Assembly: GCA_946965045.2 (NCBI GenBank)
Contig: OX337229.1
Span: 6,271,244-6,335,243 of the forward strand
Reading direction: 5' to 3'
From: Epithemia pelagica
Taxonomy: Eukaryota > Protista > Bacillariophyta
DNA: 64,000 nucleotides
Position numbers and translations under genes: made by a program
The notes under the pieces: generated by a model
What the model was told of the DNA's origin: nothing
The model's database searches: none
What the model saw: only the letters and a program-made list of their open reading frames with translations
Shown here: in pieces, positions 45,401 through 58,500 of the stretch
Numbering within the stretch: position 1 is the first letter of the stretch
Layout: each line of letters begins with the position of its first letter

Positions 45401-46104
45401 GTCATTGCCTTGGCCGTGATGGAGTGGATCCACTTGAATGGCGAGAAAAGCACGGGTCGAGAAAAAGACACGTTCATGAAGATTTCCTCTTTGTTGGATG
45501 TCGATTATGAAGTGGCGTCCATGAGATTTGATCGCGCGCTATGAAAAACGCGTCGATCCGCAATTCAAGCCCAGCGTTGACGCACGATGACGTTCCTTCT
45601 CCAGTGCATTTCTGGGGCGTGGACCACAGCCTTTCTTCTGGCGTTCTCCATTGGACACCATATGGCGTCCCTGAGGGAAGACCTTGTTGGGACACCCGAT
45701 TCCCAACAAGAAACAACAGCCACGACAGACAGTATCTAGGATTGGACGAAGTCACCCGACTACTAAGTTCTGAAGGTTATAGTCTCCACGGAATCTCGAA
45801 GCTGACTGGAATCGTATCGGATTCTCTCGTCGTGCTGCTGTGTCGTTGACAACTGACTGTAAAGGAAGACTCGTGCCGCGCTTTTCGGGGTCAAAGTCTG
45901 AGCGGATGGCAGGAGTATAGCTGGGGTAGCAAGCTTATACTCGGCAACAAGACTCATCAATCACGAATGATGAGCGACGTAGATGTGAACGAATGGATGG
46001 AATGACTCATCCAAAAGATATTGAAGAAAAGATCCAAGTGAATTTAGTGAGAATTTAGGACTCTAACATAATAGTGATTATCAGAATAAGTATCCTTTTA
46101 CGGA

Positions 46105-47184
46105 TTGCTCAATGGGAAAGAGACCGCCGTTCTTTTCCACTACTCGCACACGACGACGACCGTTGTGTTCCCAAGAAGGAAGAGTCTGGGAATCTTGTCG
46201 TCGTCCCTTGCACAACAACAACAACCGGATAAAGAATCAGGGGCACTGAAAAAAGAGCTCGATGCTGCGAAAGCGCTCCTCAGTGTCGACGAGTATTCCT
46301 TGCTGGAAAAATTGATTCGAAATCCAGACGCCGACATTGCCAATGTTATCGGCCAATGTTATCGGCGTCTGGATTTTGAATCAATTTTTCCAGCAAGGAA
46401 TACTCGATAGTCGTAGCATCGACAATGAGGGCAGCAGCAGCTGCAGCAGTGCCAGTGACGTAAATGTTCACAGCAGAGCAAACGTCGACCAACCCTTGAG
46501 TTACCAAGATTTTCTAGCCTATGCGTTGAATGCTCTGGTGGACGACAAAAAGTGGATGAATCTGGATTCCGTTATTGTTGACAGGAGACGTTTATTTGTA
46601 GCAAAGGATTATGGCTCAGCAGAGAAACTCTTGGTGGCGGCAACCGATACGACCGTCGAAGGAGAAAGAATAATAGTGGCTTTTGAGAGCAATGAAAACA
46701 AACTAGACTTTTGCTTCTATCGAGACAAAGACGACTACACCAGGTACACCGCCGACAAGGCACTGGGCCGAATCAAGGGAAACAGGGACGAATTCAAGTA
46801 ATTTTGCGAGTCGCAGCTCCTACTTATCCAAGATAGCGATAAGAATGGCGTTCTCCCACAAGAAGGACCTACGTTCAAGTCCATGGCGTCAATGAATTTG
46901 ACAATCTAGACAGCGACATTCAAAAAGACAAATCGTATGCGTTGGTGGTGGCGGGAGAAAGCGGCAGTGGTAAATCAGTATTTTCTTGCCTTGAATCAAT
47001 GGAGCGTGGTTTTATCCCTATATACATGTGGCTACGCTTGCGGAAAAACAAAAGGGAGAACGAGGGAGAGGACAAGAAAGGGGACGAAGAAAGCAAGATG
47101 GAGGAGACAGGAGAAGAAAAGAACCAGATGGGGCACGATGCTTCCGAGGTCTACACCAGGAAACCAGAAAGCGAGACGATGTGA
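46105..47184 (+). pseudogene. Fragmented ORFs ending in a Walker A (P-loop NTPase) remnant
   Basis: VVAGESGSGKSVF in 46942..47184, preceded by short ORFs 46105..46410 and 46337..46801 in different frames. No Walker B follows. Confidence 0.4.
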
Positions 47185-47475
47185 ATCGAAGGAACAGTAA
47201 AAAATGCGTTGGTCGCATTTCGTGTGCACCGCAGCCACGTCGCGCGGTGCTAAGTGCCATGAATGTACCTGCTGCTCACTATTTGCACATATTGTTCGAG
47301 GAGACCGAATAAATGTGGTGGCGGAAAGATTAGCGGGCGGGCCGGTGGGCACGCCAGTGTGCCTAGTGAGCCGCTTGGCGACGCAGTATATTTAGCGATA
47401 ACTTTATGCGCTCACTTTCTTGCTGTATGCTCATCTCGGAACTACACCGTTAGTCGAATCATCTTTTGTGTTCCC

Positions 47476-48879
47476 ATGTCTGTTCCAGCAGAAGAGTTCA
47501 TCATGACACGTTCCAGTCCAACAACCAAACGCAATGGGGTTCCCACCATTTGCACCAAGGCTAGGCTGATGGCTTTCGTTTTTATTGCGGGGGCGTTCTT
47601 TCTTCAGATTGCAAATCTTTCTCTTTTTATGCGGGCCTCCTTCTTTTCCGGCGAGATTGCCACTTTCAATCAATCTTCCTCCTTGGCCACAAATCCCCTA
47701 GATGACGACAATAAGACTTTGAGTGCACCTGCTCGTGCTTCTTCAATCGTCGCGAATGATACAACGCCCATTATTGATGGGGAGGAGGAAACAAATTTGT
47801 TGCCGGTTCCTTCTGCCGGTTTGCGCCTGGATTGGACACACTTGGACCTGCACTCTCCCATGGCGCAACGAATCGCTGCTCATCAACGTTCGTGTGACCT
47901 CCCCGAGGCGATCTTTCCCTGGCGAAACAATGCGGGAATGGGCAGTGATTTAACCCTCTGGTCCTATGGCATGTGACAAGGCCTGCAACTCGGTCAGCGT
48001 CTCTTTTCGCGTCGACCATGGATTCATTGGAGCCAACTCACGTGTTCCCCCAACGATACGTCGTCCATGACGTGCTACTTTCCGCAATCGGAGGATTTGT
48101 GTCCTCCCACATCGGACGAGCCCGCCAACGCCAAGAAGGACAATACAAGCCATCATCCTCCAAGCTCTGAACTTAGGATTGATCAGATGGATAGAGGTGT
48201 TCGCGATGAATGCCAATCTACTCTACAACAGGCCAACCTCAGCTTGTCCGAGTTTGTCGGATCGGCCACCGAGTTTTGTTTTCCAGTCTTTCTCCCAGAA
48301 TAGTCGACTCGGCCGTGGAGAGGCTCCCACTGGTCTTTCCACCTCATGGCATCACTGTTCACATTCGGTGGGGAGACAAGGGACTGGAGATGGAGTTGGT
48401 GGATATTCACTCCTACATTGATGCCTGTCATCAGATTCTACAACAACGAAGAGACCGAGTCTCGGCGTCTCTGGGGGACACAACAAACCAGACCAACTTG
48501 GCGAACAGCGCACCCCTAGTCACAACCAACAGTGGCAGTAGCCAGGACGAAGACCCAGTGCACATTTATTTGGCCACGGAAGATCCAACTGCCGTTCAAG
48601 CCATGCGTGAGAACATGCCATCGCATTGGAACTTGTATGTGGATCCCTACGTCACAGAGGTTTCCCAATATGGTCTCACAGGGTTCAATAGAAATGTCCG
48701 ATTGGTCAAGGCTCACAGGGGATCGCCTGCCGTGTTTGCACTGGCCTCCCTTCTCATTGGAGGCCAACGACTTTGTTCTGACGACCGCCAGCAACTGGAG
48801 TCGACTCATGAATGATCTTCGACGATTCATTGTAGAGCAGCACTACTCAACCACTGTGATTGATTTGCGGAAAGCATGA
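47476..48879 (+). pseudogene. Disrupted paralog of the GT23-like gene at 43388-44800
   Basis: Collinear with the first copy. Nonsense TGA at 47974-47976 (TGC AAA in copy 1, TGA CAA here), 1-nt deletion at ~48275, 5-nt deletion (CCATG) at ~48759 and an in-frame 18-nt deletion before ITVHIRWGDK. Confidence 0.9.
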
Positions 48880-49960
48880 ATCCATTGAACCGTTGTGGGA
48901 CAGTGTGCGTGAAAGGACTTTGTGAAGGTGTGTCAAAACAACACTAGTAACGGCAAACTATCAGTGGAATAACGGCAGCGGGAAGTGTCGTCGTTGGCCT
49001 GGTCGATGAGAAGAGAATGATAAACGAATCACAAGCTTTACCGGCAACGACGGAATGGCAATACCAATATCCTTCCGTCCATGATGATGGTACACGTGTG
49101 TTGTTGTGGAAAATGGACGGACAACACCCACCAGAATACAAAAACGAACAAGAACAAATTCCATCGGACGACCAGTCATTTGGAAATCCAGACGTTGCAA
49201 TGGAAAAGCCGTCTGGTTGAAAGTATGGACACACTCAAGCAAGCCATACTTCGACACGAGGTGGTGGTTGGGGATGTCGCAGCACTGCCATGGTCGTTTT
49301 CGCCTTCCTCCGTGATAGTGCCATGGGAAAGTGGCTACTTTACGCACTGTGATTGTTCTTGTTGATGATCCCCATGGACCGATAACTATGGACTGTCAAC
49401 GAGCCACTACTGAGAGACTGATTGCTGTATCGATGCAAGCAAATTGCCGACCTCATGATAAAGTATAGTTGCTGTATTGGAGAAAATATCGAACACGACG
49501 GTGTCACAAATTCCAAAGGATTTGCAAATGCCCTGTCACCCGAAACCACAAGCGTCGAGAGACGGCGTACTGTCCTCTCACACAGACATGGGCCATAAAG
49601 GGACCGGACCCCACAATTCGTCACATGGTCGGAACGAAGACGACCGTCCAAACGAGTCGCTGCGCTTAGTGTTGCAGGCACGCAACCATATAATCTTCCA
49701 CAGCAAGATAACTTGACTCATTGACCAGCAGCGAGGCATGGTACCATGGGCATCTATACCCAAGGCCTGGCTCCACTCCTGTTTGCGGTGTCATGCCGGA
49801 TAGTGTAACTTTCGTTTTCTACTAGGTAGTACAACGGTGTACATGCTATCTCTATAGGTCGCAATGCCATCAAGAAAACAATCCAACTACTGTTTGAGAG
49901 TAAAATGATACTGCTATAGTTCCACTATTACTAGGACATACATGCAATACGTTGCAAATT

Positions 49961-51175
49961 TCAAGTTCCATCCTTCCCTTCATCACCACGGTGCGCATTG
50001 GACCTTGCGCGTTTACGAGCTGATGTCAAGGTGGAGAAGGGTGAAATATGATCATGTCGGATATCCATTCCTTCCCGAAAAAGACACCATCTGTTGGGCT
50101 GCTGTTCACAGAGTCGTCGAAAACACCACGAATTCTTGTCCAGAAGTGGCAATGTCGCACAGGTAGGATTGATCAATCCTCCAATCGCGGCAATTTGATT
50201 GGCAACAGTAACCATACTGAAGCGTTCAAGGCGAGATCCGAATGGTGGGAGATTCCACATGCGGTTGTGATGCGTATCCAAGACCTCCACGGATAATTCG
50301 TATCCTCCCGTCACCACCAGACAGGATCCCACGGAAACCACTGCACAAGAGGCACGATGGTCGGAAAGTACCAAATCAGAGTGAATGGTCCAAGCGGACG
50401 AGAAGGAAATGGCTGTAGCCAAAGTTTCGACCATTGAATCGTCCAAATACTCCACCGAATCAAGTACATTGTCATCGTTTCGGCCTCCAACAACAAAGAT
50501 GCGGTGACCAACGACCGCACTGGCACACCATGCTCGTGGAACAGTCATGGATGGTCCGGAAATGAGAGTGTGATTGCTGGTATCAACAATATTTACTGAC
50601 GACAAACAGCGATAATTGTAGCCACCTATCACAACAATGAATCGGTTGTGCACCGCAACAGCACCAAATCCACATCGTGGCGTTGATAATCGACATGTCA
50701 ATGTCGTCCAATGACGTTCATGTGTGGTGCTGGTTGTCAAAGATGATTGCAGCAAATCATTGGAATGAATTCTTTCGATGCAATTCAAAATTCTTTCATT
50801 GTTGTATCCTCCCATGACGTAGACGCCGCCATTGCACACAACAGCGGCAAGTTCGTCACGTTTCTTGTTCATGGGCGGTCCTTCTCGCCATTGTTTGTCT
50901 GGGTCTGTCAGATTCAATAACAGAACGGAATTGGTGGCACCTTGGGCATGTTGAAATCCGCCCATCACGACGACGGTTTGTTCCTTGTTGTGATTGTCGT
51001 CTTTATCGGGATGATCCAGTACGACCGAACTATGACGAAGACGCCATCCACCCTCAAGAGGAGGCCAGTCTCTTTCATTCCATTCTACTGCGTCATCTAC
51101 AAGGACAAGGCCCGACTGCCATGCTTGCTTTTGCAGAGTCGTTGTCATGGTCACGGCGCTTTCCAATGTCGACAA
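49961..51175 (-). CDS. Kelch-repeat beta-propeller protein, 404 aa
   Basis: Six double-Gly Kelch motifs (VMGGF, VMGGY, VIGGY, VVGGR, VTGGY, AIGGL) with W...PPM...R spacers; basic C-terminal patch RKRARS. Confidence 0.9.
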   Translation of the reverse strand: MSTLESAVTMTTTLQKQAWQSGLVLVDDAVEWNERDWPPLEGGWRLRHSSVVLDHPDKDDNHNKEQTVVVMGGFQHAQGATNSVLLLNLTDPDKQWREGPPMNKKRDELAAVVCNGGVYVMGGYNNERILNCIERIHSNDLLQSSLTTSTTHERHWTTLTCRLSTPRCGFGAVAVHNRFIVVIGGYNYRCLSSVNIVDTSNHTLISGPSMTVPRAWCASAVVGHRIFVVGGRNDDNVLDSVEYLDDSMVETLATAISFSSAWTIHSDLVLSDHRASCAVVSVGSCLVVTGGYELSVEVLDTHHNRMWNLPPFGSRLERFSMVTVANQIAAIGGLINPTCATLPLLDKNSWCFRRLCEQQPNRWCLFREGMDIRHDHISPFSTLTSARKRARSNAHRGDEGKDGT

Positions 51176-51687
51176 GAAATGGCAGCAAGAGAGGGTTCCG
51201 TATTATTTGTAACAGAGCAACGCGTGGAAGCGTGGAGACAGAAGGGGTGGGCCTGTCCTGCGTACGAAATGGTGAAGGGCAATCAATCGCACATAGATTA
51301 CCCCCTACCCCTCTCGCTCCAAAATTGCGGGGCGATCCTCGCGGTCGCACCCCGAATACCAAGCCCTAAGTATTTTCCCCTTTTTTGGCATGTTTTAGTG
51401 GGTCTCTACTGTAAGTCATAAACTCAAAAAAGCATAAATCCTACATTTACGTTCGGAAAACACATTTTTAGTATAAGACGATGACTGCTACTGTAAGTCA
51501 TAAAACCTAACCAGTGTCATTCTTTGGACAACCCAACGCACGTTATAGGATATACACAACCATATATATGCATTGGCATGTCGCGCCATTTTTCCCCCAC
51601 GAGACTCCCTCCACCTCGACACGCCTTTCGGCCTCATCGTCATCCTCTTTTCGACTAACCTGTAGTAATATTTGTTGTTGTAATACC

Positions 51688-52461
51688 ATGGATGAAGACG
51701 ATGCATTGATCCTTCTCCTCCTGGAGGAGGAGAAGAAGAAGAAGAAGCTTCGTCTTGAGGAAGCACAGCGTGTTCGTAATCGTTCGGGAGGGATTCGTCG
51801 CGCTGCTCTCCAACATCCAAAATACTCTTCCTTCATGAGACTTTACAATAGTGGCGATGACCCCTCGTTGATAGCTTTGTGTGGCTTTGATCATGAGTCA
51901 TTTGAGAGTCTGCTAAAGCTGTTCACGCCACTGTTTAACAGTTGGAGTCCCTATCCACAGAAAGCGAACAAAAAGTTTCACATGAGACGCGTTCGACAAA
52001 CTGGGAGAACAGGACGGAAACGGCAAATAGACGCAACGATATGTCTAGGATTAGTGCTCGCCTGGACGCGTACTCGTGGTTCAACGATCCCCTTGCAGGT
52101 CATCTTTGGGATGACTGCGAACCCAGTTTCTGTTTGGTTGCGCTTTGGGCGTCGTCTTCTGGTCAAAGTCCTCCAGAACCATCCGGACGCCGAGGTGAGA
52201 ATGCCAACGCGAAGCGAAATAGCGAGCTTCAAGGCGGTTATTAGGGAGAAATACCCTGTGCTCAAGAATGTGTGGGGAGCGATGGACGGACTCAAAGTCC
52301 TCATCGAAGCTAACCCTGATCTTGAAAACATCTTCTATAATGGATGGAAATGCGATCACTATATTTCAAACCTTTTTGTTTTTTCACCAGATGGAAGGAT
52401 CCGGGCGTGTTACATCAACGCGCCTGGATCCTGGCACGATTCTACGTTGGCCCACATCTAA
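51688..52461 (+). mobile_element. PIF/Harbinger (DDE_Tnp_4-like) transposase, C-terminally truncated
   Basis: HTH-like region (CLGLVLAWTRTRGS...LQVIFGMTANPVSVWLRFG), first catalytic motif GAMDG, FYNGWK and APGSWHDS. The ORF stops five residues after HDS, so the rest of the catalytic core is missing. Confidence 0.85.
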
Positions 52462-52550
52462 GGAAGGAACGGTACGCCAGTTTATGGCGGTTTAATTATC
52501 GATAAGAAAGCACCCCTAAGCGCATCCTACTAGAATCATCCGCGCGCAGG

Positions 52551-52870
52551 ACACGCGCACACCTACAAGAACACGCGCACACCTACAAGAACATGCGCAT
52601 GGCCCTTCCTCACGTTATTACTAAAAATGTGCTTTCCAGAACCAGCAAGCGCATGACCCACATTTCACCAACTTCAACACCATGCACAGTCAAGAACCAA
52701 TAGTCATCACATCCCTCCACCTTCATGCACAGTCAAGAACCAACAGTCATCACATACCCTCCTATGTATGCACTCATCCTTGATTGTGTCACATCACCAT
52801 CATGCGCATTACTCCAGCATCAAGTGCAAGCAAGTTGAACACAGTGCATTTAACTAACACCATGCACACA
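52551..52870. repeat. Short tandem repeats (20-bp unit x2.5 at 52551-52600; 43-bp unit x2 at 52681-52763) and recurring ATGC(A/G)CA motifs
   Basis: ACACGCGCACACCTACAAGA repeated; CATGCACAGTCAAGAACCAA(T/C)AGTCATCACAT repeated at 52681 and 52724. Confidence 0.85.
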
Positions 52871-52962
52871 CTCCCACTAACAACCAGCGAATGAATGGAA
52901 CACAATACATGTAGCTATATAGGAGTAGTATATGAAATGAAACCAATTGTCACTCTGATCAA

Positions 52963-54948
52963 TCACTGCCACGACCGTTTTCGTGGCCTTTTAGAAGGCC
53001 TTGTCACAGCATCATCATCTGCATACCCCATTCGAGAGCGATATTGCCCATTGAGAAACATCATGAAACAGATACCGCGGTCGCCTGCTCTGTCTTCACG
53101 AGCGATTTTCTCTTCCATATCCTCAAAATAGTCCATACCATCCTCATTCATACATCCACTTGAGTTCCAACTGCCTGAATATTTGAAGCGAGGATACCTT
53201 GCTGAGGATGTATCAATCATTTGATCAACACCATTTTCATTGTACCACCTTGGATTTAATTCAAATAGTTTCGCCTTGAAAGTGGTCTTGCCCATGTGAG
53301 TCCACACATCCCAGCAATCCACAAGGATGGTCAATATGAACGCCTCGTCACTTGAAGTGAATAACTTCAAGGCCTTTTCGCAATGTTCCTTTCCCTGCTG
53401 CTCAGTGTGGTCACCAAAATTGAAATCAATCACGGTTTTATGCATATTCTCACAATAGACACATGGACCAAACAATTGCAAGAGATATGAATAGGCATAG
53501 TTGTCACACTTCTCTCCTCTCAATAACAGAAATTCTTCCAGGGTAGGCATTGGCCCAAAGTCTTCACAGTCGTTCAAAAGGCATGGATACCTCCGCTGGA
53601 AATTACTGTCACGCCATAGATCAAGACCCACGTGTTCTAGATTCAGCAACAAATTATCTCACATCTCTTTATGAGAAGACGACGTGATGAACCAACACAT
53701 TCACTCTTCGATTGACACTTACTTATGAATGCTTTTCGCATGGAAGCCAGAACATTTGATCGTTTGCTTCGGAACTTGTCAAGCATATAAGGTGAATGTT
53801 CAATCCACCACTCCTCTTGTTGTTTTGCATCCGTAATACCTTTGCCTTTGAAATAGTGCTCAGTAAAATATGTTTTGCCATACTTCCCCCAAAGACCATT
53901 CGGATCTGCCTTAGTATCTTCGGACATGGAGAAATACTTGACATAACGCCATGCCACCTTCCGAACAAATGTATCAAAGAACTTCTCCGATACCACCTCA
54001 GGCTTTTTCTTCGGCTTTTGCTTCTTATTCTTGTCCTTTTCAACAGAACCTTTGTGTGTAGTGGATGTTACAATCGTACTTGTCGGGCAAGATGATTGAT
54101 TATGGTGTACTGTTGTTGTCTGTGTTTCCTGTGCCAACTGATTTTGAATATCGTCTTGTAGAAGAGTTTCCATTGCCTGATCAGGCCCTGTTGTTAGCAA
54201 AGTAGATGACGAAGATGACAACATATCCAAAAGGGAAGAAACGTCGTTAGCAAAGGTATCACCTGATGCATTCAACCCACAAACACCCCCGTCATTAGAG
54301 CCGTCTCACCGACAAATTGTCCTCCTCCATTTTGTGCATCTAACAACTTACTGACAAGTCCTCCAGCAGGAAAATGTCTCTCATTAGGATCAAAATCATC
54401 TCCATCATACTCACTGGGTCCATTGCTCATATTCTGCAATGCTCGTTGCATTTCAGAATATTTACACCGACGTCGTCTTCCTCCATGTTATTAACTTCCG
54501 TGTTTGTTGGTTGCGCAAAACCAGATGATGGTTGTGTTCTCAGCCCACCCTGTTCATTATTGCTATCATCTGCTGAAGTCACATCAGCTCCATCTCTTTC
54601 TGAATTTGTTGCCTGCTCCAAAAGATTACCACTCCCTTCCACAGTTGTGCCTTCTTGTGCTTGTGCTTGATCGTTGTTCATCGAGATCTGTTCCTCTTCT
54701 TCCTCGTCATCAGAACTATCTTCTTGGAGTACTAAACCTCCATTGGTTGCCGCAATAAGAGCATCTTTGTTTGTAATTGTCCCGTCCTTGTTAGGAAGAT
54801 TCTCTTTATTTCTTGTTGCCACTGCTGCCAAGATGCTTCTTCGTTGTCGTTCAACCTCTTTCTGATTACTTCCATAGTTTGCATTTCGGACTGCTAAGGG
54901 TCGACGCCTCGTTGGAGCTGCATTTCTGGTGGTGACTCCTGCCATCAT
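52963..54948 (-). CDS. Spliced hypothetical protein, probable transposon accessory gene (ORF pieces 54948-54427, ~54430-54352, 54262-53723, 53636-52963)
   Basis: Phase-compatible introns: 54351-54263 (GTAAGT...CAG, 89 nt) and 53722-53637 (GTAAGT...TAG, 86 nt), the latter giving RKAFI-K-HVGLDLW. The first junction is unresolved. The C-terminal part has SSDEAFILTILVDCWDVW and SGCMNEDGMDYF. Confidence 0.6.
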
Positions 54949-55509
54949 TTATCTTGGATGCTCCGTCTGATTTATGACAAGGATGTGAACAAGAGCAGGG
55001 TAACAACAAGTCCTCTGATGGACAACCATTCAAATTCAAATGCTGGAATGCTCCATGTTTGAATCATAAACTCCGTGTTTGAACGATTGTCCTTTGGAGA
55101 ACGTATGAAGATGAGCATAGGTGGTTTCAAGTACATCATACTTGTCAGATGGAACATTGGTGCATGGGTTTGAATGATTGTCATTTCCTTTCTAATGTCG
55201 ACAGTGTCGGTATCCTCGGCATTGACACAGTGTTTGAATTCCAATCGCTGCTATCACCGTTGGTATCTAACCCGGCAGGCTGGATTGGATTAAGTAAATA
55301 CACACGACCGTTTGAAAATATTATGATCCGTTCATGTACATAAGCGATTTTCAGTCGCTTTTATGCACCAACGTCGGCCGATCCACCCAATGCGGAGAAA
55401 TTCTGATATATGCCACAAGATTGACCACCGATGTCTCAATTTGCAGAAATCGATTACAGAGCATTTTTCATTCCAAACCAAAATCTAAAACCACCAGCAT
55501 CGTACCATT

Positions 55510-58500
55510 ATGGGCCAGCGTCGTAAAGTAAAAAAGAAGTCACGAAAGAGATGCTCAAATAGAAGCCAACAAGAGGAGTCCTTCATATCCTTTCAAGTGT
55601 GTCGTTTCTGTCAATCACGTTTCGATGCAAGAGGAATCAGCCGTCACGAAACAGTTTGTGAATTGAAAATGAACACACAAAGGAAATGGCCAAATGTTGG
55701 CGATGACAACAATGATTGTGCCAGTAATATGAATGCTGATCCAATGAATATTGATATCATGGACGATGAAACCACTATTCCGCATGCTGACCCACCAAAA
55801 GCATACTATGTACCTGGTGATACAGATAATATTATTCTGCGCAACAGCAAGGAGTGCCCGGTTGATTTTCCTGCGTTCCTTGATAGAGATGGGAAGCAAT
55901 TGAAACTTCATAAACACGATGCAGCCTTGGTCTCACTTATGATGTTACTTCGGAAAGCTGGTTGCCCCAAATATTTGTACAATTCGATCCTGGCATGGTC
56001 GAGTGACACATACTCAAGATGCGGTCCTGGGTTCTTCCTGGACAACCATTCAAAGAGGAAAACGTTCATCGAAAAGTTTTCTACCAAAGGTTTCAATTAT
56101 CTCAAGGCAAAATTTTTCCCTGTACCAATGGAATTCACCCAAAAACAGGGTGTGGTTGTACCAGAGAGTGAGAAATCAATAACAACAGCAGTATTTGATT
56201 TGATCAGTCAACTACAGCGTGTATTACAAGATCCCGATGCAACCAAGAAAGAAAATACGATCCTCGATGATGACGATCCGTATCGTCCATATGTTCCAAA
56301 CAAGCACATCCAAAATATACAAGACGGAGAAGTATTTCGGAAAACAGTGGAAAAATATAGAGATGATCCAGATGCCTTCGTGGTTGGTCTTGTCTGTTAT
56401 ATGGACAAAACACCTGCAACAGGGGATGGAAGATATACATCGGAGCCTGTTGTAATGGTGCCATCTTTTCTAACGGAAACACAAATGAGGAAAGCAAGGC
56501 GACAGATCATCCTTGGGACTATTACAGACATGGAAAGAAAATCATCGGCGGCAAAACATATCCTCGATAAAGGGACTCCTTGCCAAAATTATCATGCTCA
56601 ATTGACTAAGATCCTCGAAGGTCTTGTCAGTATCCAAAAACAGGAAGGTTTATGGATGAAACTACGCCTCCATGGGATTATCAAAGTTGTCCGTTTGATA
56701 TTGCCAATGATTGTTGTCAAAGGAGACGGGAAGTCTCAGGATAACCTTGCAGGTCGGTATGCCTCGCATCATCCAAGTGTTGGAAGACTATCATGGTGTT
56801 GCAACATTAAACCAAGGGATAGCAAATACCCATGGCATGAATGTTCTTATATCAACGCTGCAAGTACATACAAAATGTGCTTGAATGCATTGGGTCTTAA
56901 TGAAAATCGAGAAAAACTGACTGAACAGGATGTTGATTACCAAGAGAGAGACAATGATACATTTTTGACTTTGACTGTTCCTACCTGTTTCAGCACATCG
57001 CAAGTAAGTCAAGAAAATAGCAGAGATGGAGGGGTCAATACCCTTGTGTCAGCTGCAAAAACCCAATTGCATGACATGGGACAATATGCAGTCGATCTTT
57101 GTTTTTCCAAGGTTTACCTGGGTGAAGGAACCAATTCTGAACATGGGATTTTCTCGGCCAGTAGCTGTGATGTTCTTCATACATTGAAATCTGGGATAAT
57201 GAGATACATCATGATTGACTTTTTCACGTTGATGACAAAAACTGAACGGGCCATGTTTGATTATGTCTACAATTCAATCTTTCGGGCAAGTAGACAGACT
57301 GTATTCTCGTATTCATCGAAACTTGGATATCCCGGAACATCATTCTCGACCGGGATCAGTAACCTGTCAAAAGTAACTGCCAATGAGTGGGTAGGGATCA
57401 TGTTTGCTTCAGCAGCTCTATGTGCCACTGCCAGAGGTCGCCTTATATTTGCGAAGAATATGGCAAAGAAATGGAACAAGGTGGTTGCGGAATGGAAAAA
57501 ACGACAAGCAAAGCAAATATCCAAAACCACCAACAAGACATGTCAAGCGGACGTGGATCAAGTGCAAGAGACAAGTGAACCTATTGCTGACAATGAGGAT
57601 GATACTCCACCAGATGAAGAGTACAAACGTACACGTCTTGATGATGATGATAGTGTTGACATTGATATCACTGCTGAAACTGTTTTTGATGATGACCCAG
57701 TTGCTTACAGGTCTATCTGGGATGTTGATGAGCGGGAACCATACAAAGACTTCCTGCATCTATTCGAGACTCTTTTGTGTTTCAACAGCTGGATTCGTAT
57801 GGATACATTCTGGGAAACAGACCCAGACTCACAAGAAGGACAAACAACAGCATCCAAGTCTCTCGAATCAGTGCGGATTTTGATGGATGGCATCAGGAGA
57901 TATGCACCCAGGCTCGATAAAAAAGGCAAATTGATGTCCAACGGGTGGATGATACCAAAATTCCACAATCTCATACACATTATACAACAGATTCAGAATT
58001 TTGGACCAGCACAACTGCTTGATGTGGAGTCAGAGGAAAGTAATCATAAGGAAATTGTGAAATTGAATGCAAAAACGGTACAGAAACGTGGAAAAGGAAT
58101 TTTTGAGTCGCAACTTGCAGAAAATATCTGGTGGATGCAAAGCTTGGAAATGCTGCAGGAAGCAACAGGTCTTGAAGAAGATCATGTCACCTTTCTCCAC
58201 GAAGGGAAGTTGCCTTATGAAATAAGGAGAAAAAAGGGATCCCAAAACCAACTCCCTACCACATCAACCTCAAATAGCCGTGGAACGGTCATAGTAGTAT
58301 CCATGACCAGAGAAAAATATTTGATTCCAATACCTCACACGAACGTACATACTTCTGGTGGTAATCAAGACCAGTCATCAAATGAAATAGACAAGGATCT
58401 TCCGTCTCCATTGGGTATGTCAATTCAAGTTCCAGGCACGACCAGAAAAGAACAAGACGGATCAAACCGAAACCAGACGAGTAGTGTACACAGGCGATTG

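Noticed and set aside
48900-49800. Short ORFs between the GT23 pseudogene and the Kelch gene
   Set aside because: Multiple stops in every frame and no assignable homology.
51361-51370. AAGCCCTAAG here and CACCCCTAAG at 52511-52520 as Harbinger ends with TAA target duplication
   Set aside because: Both are in the same orientation, so they cannot be the inverted termini of one element; no Myb/SANT partner gene was recognised either.
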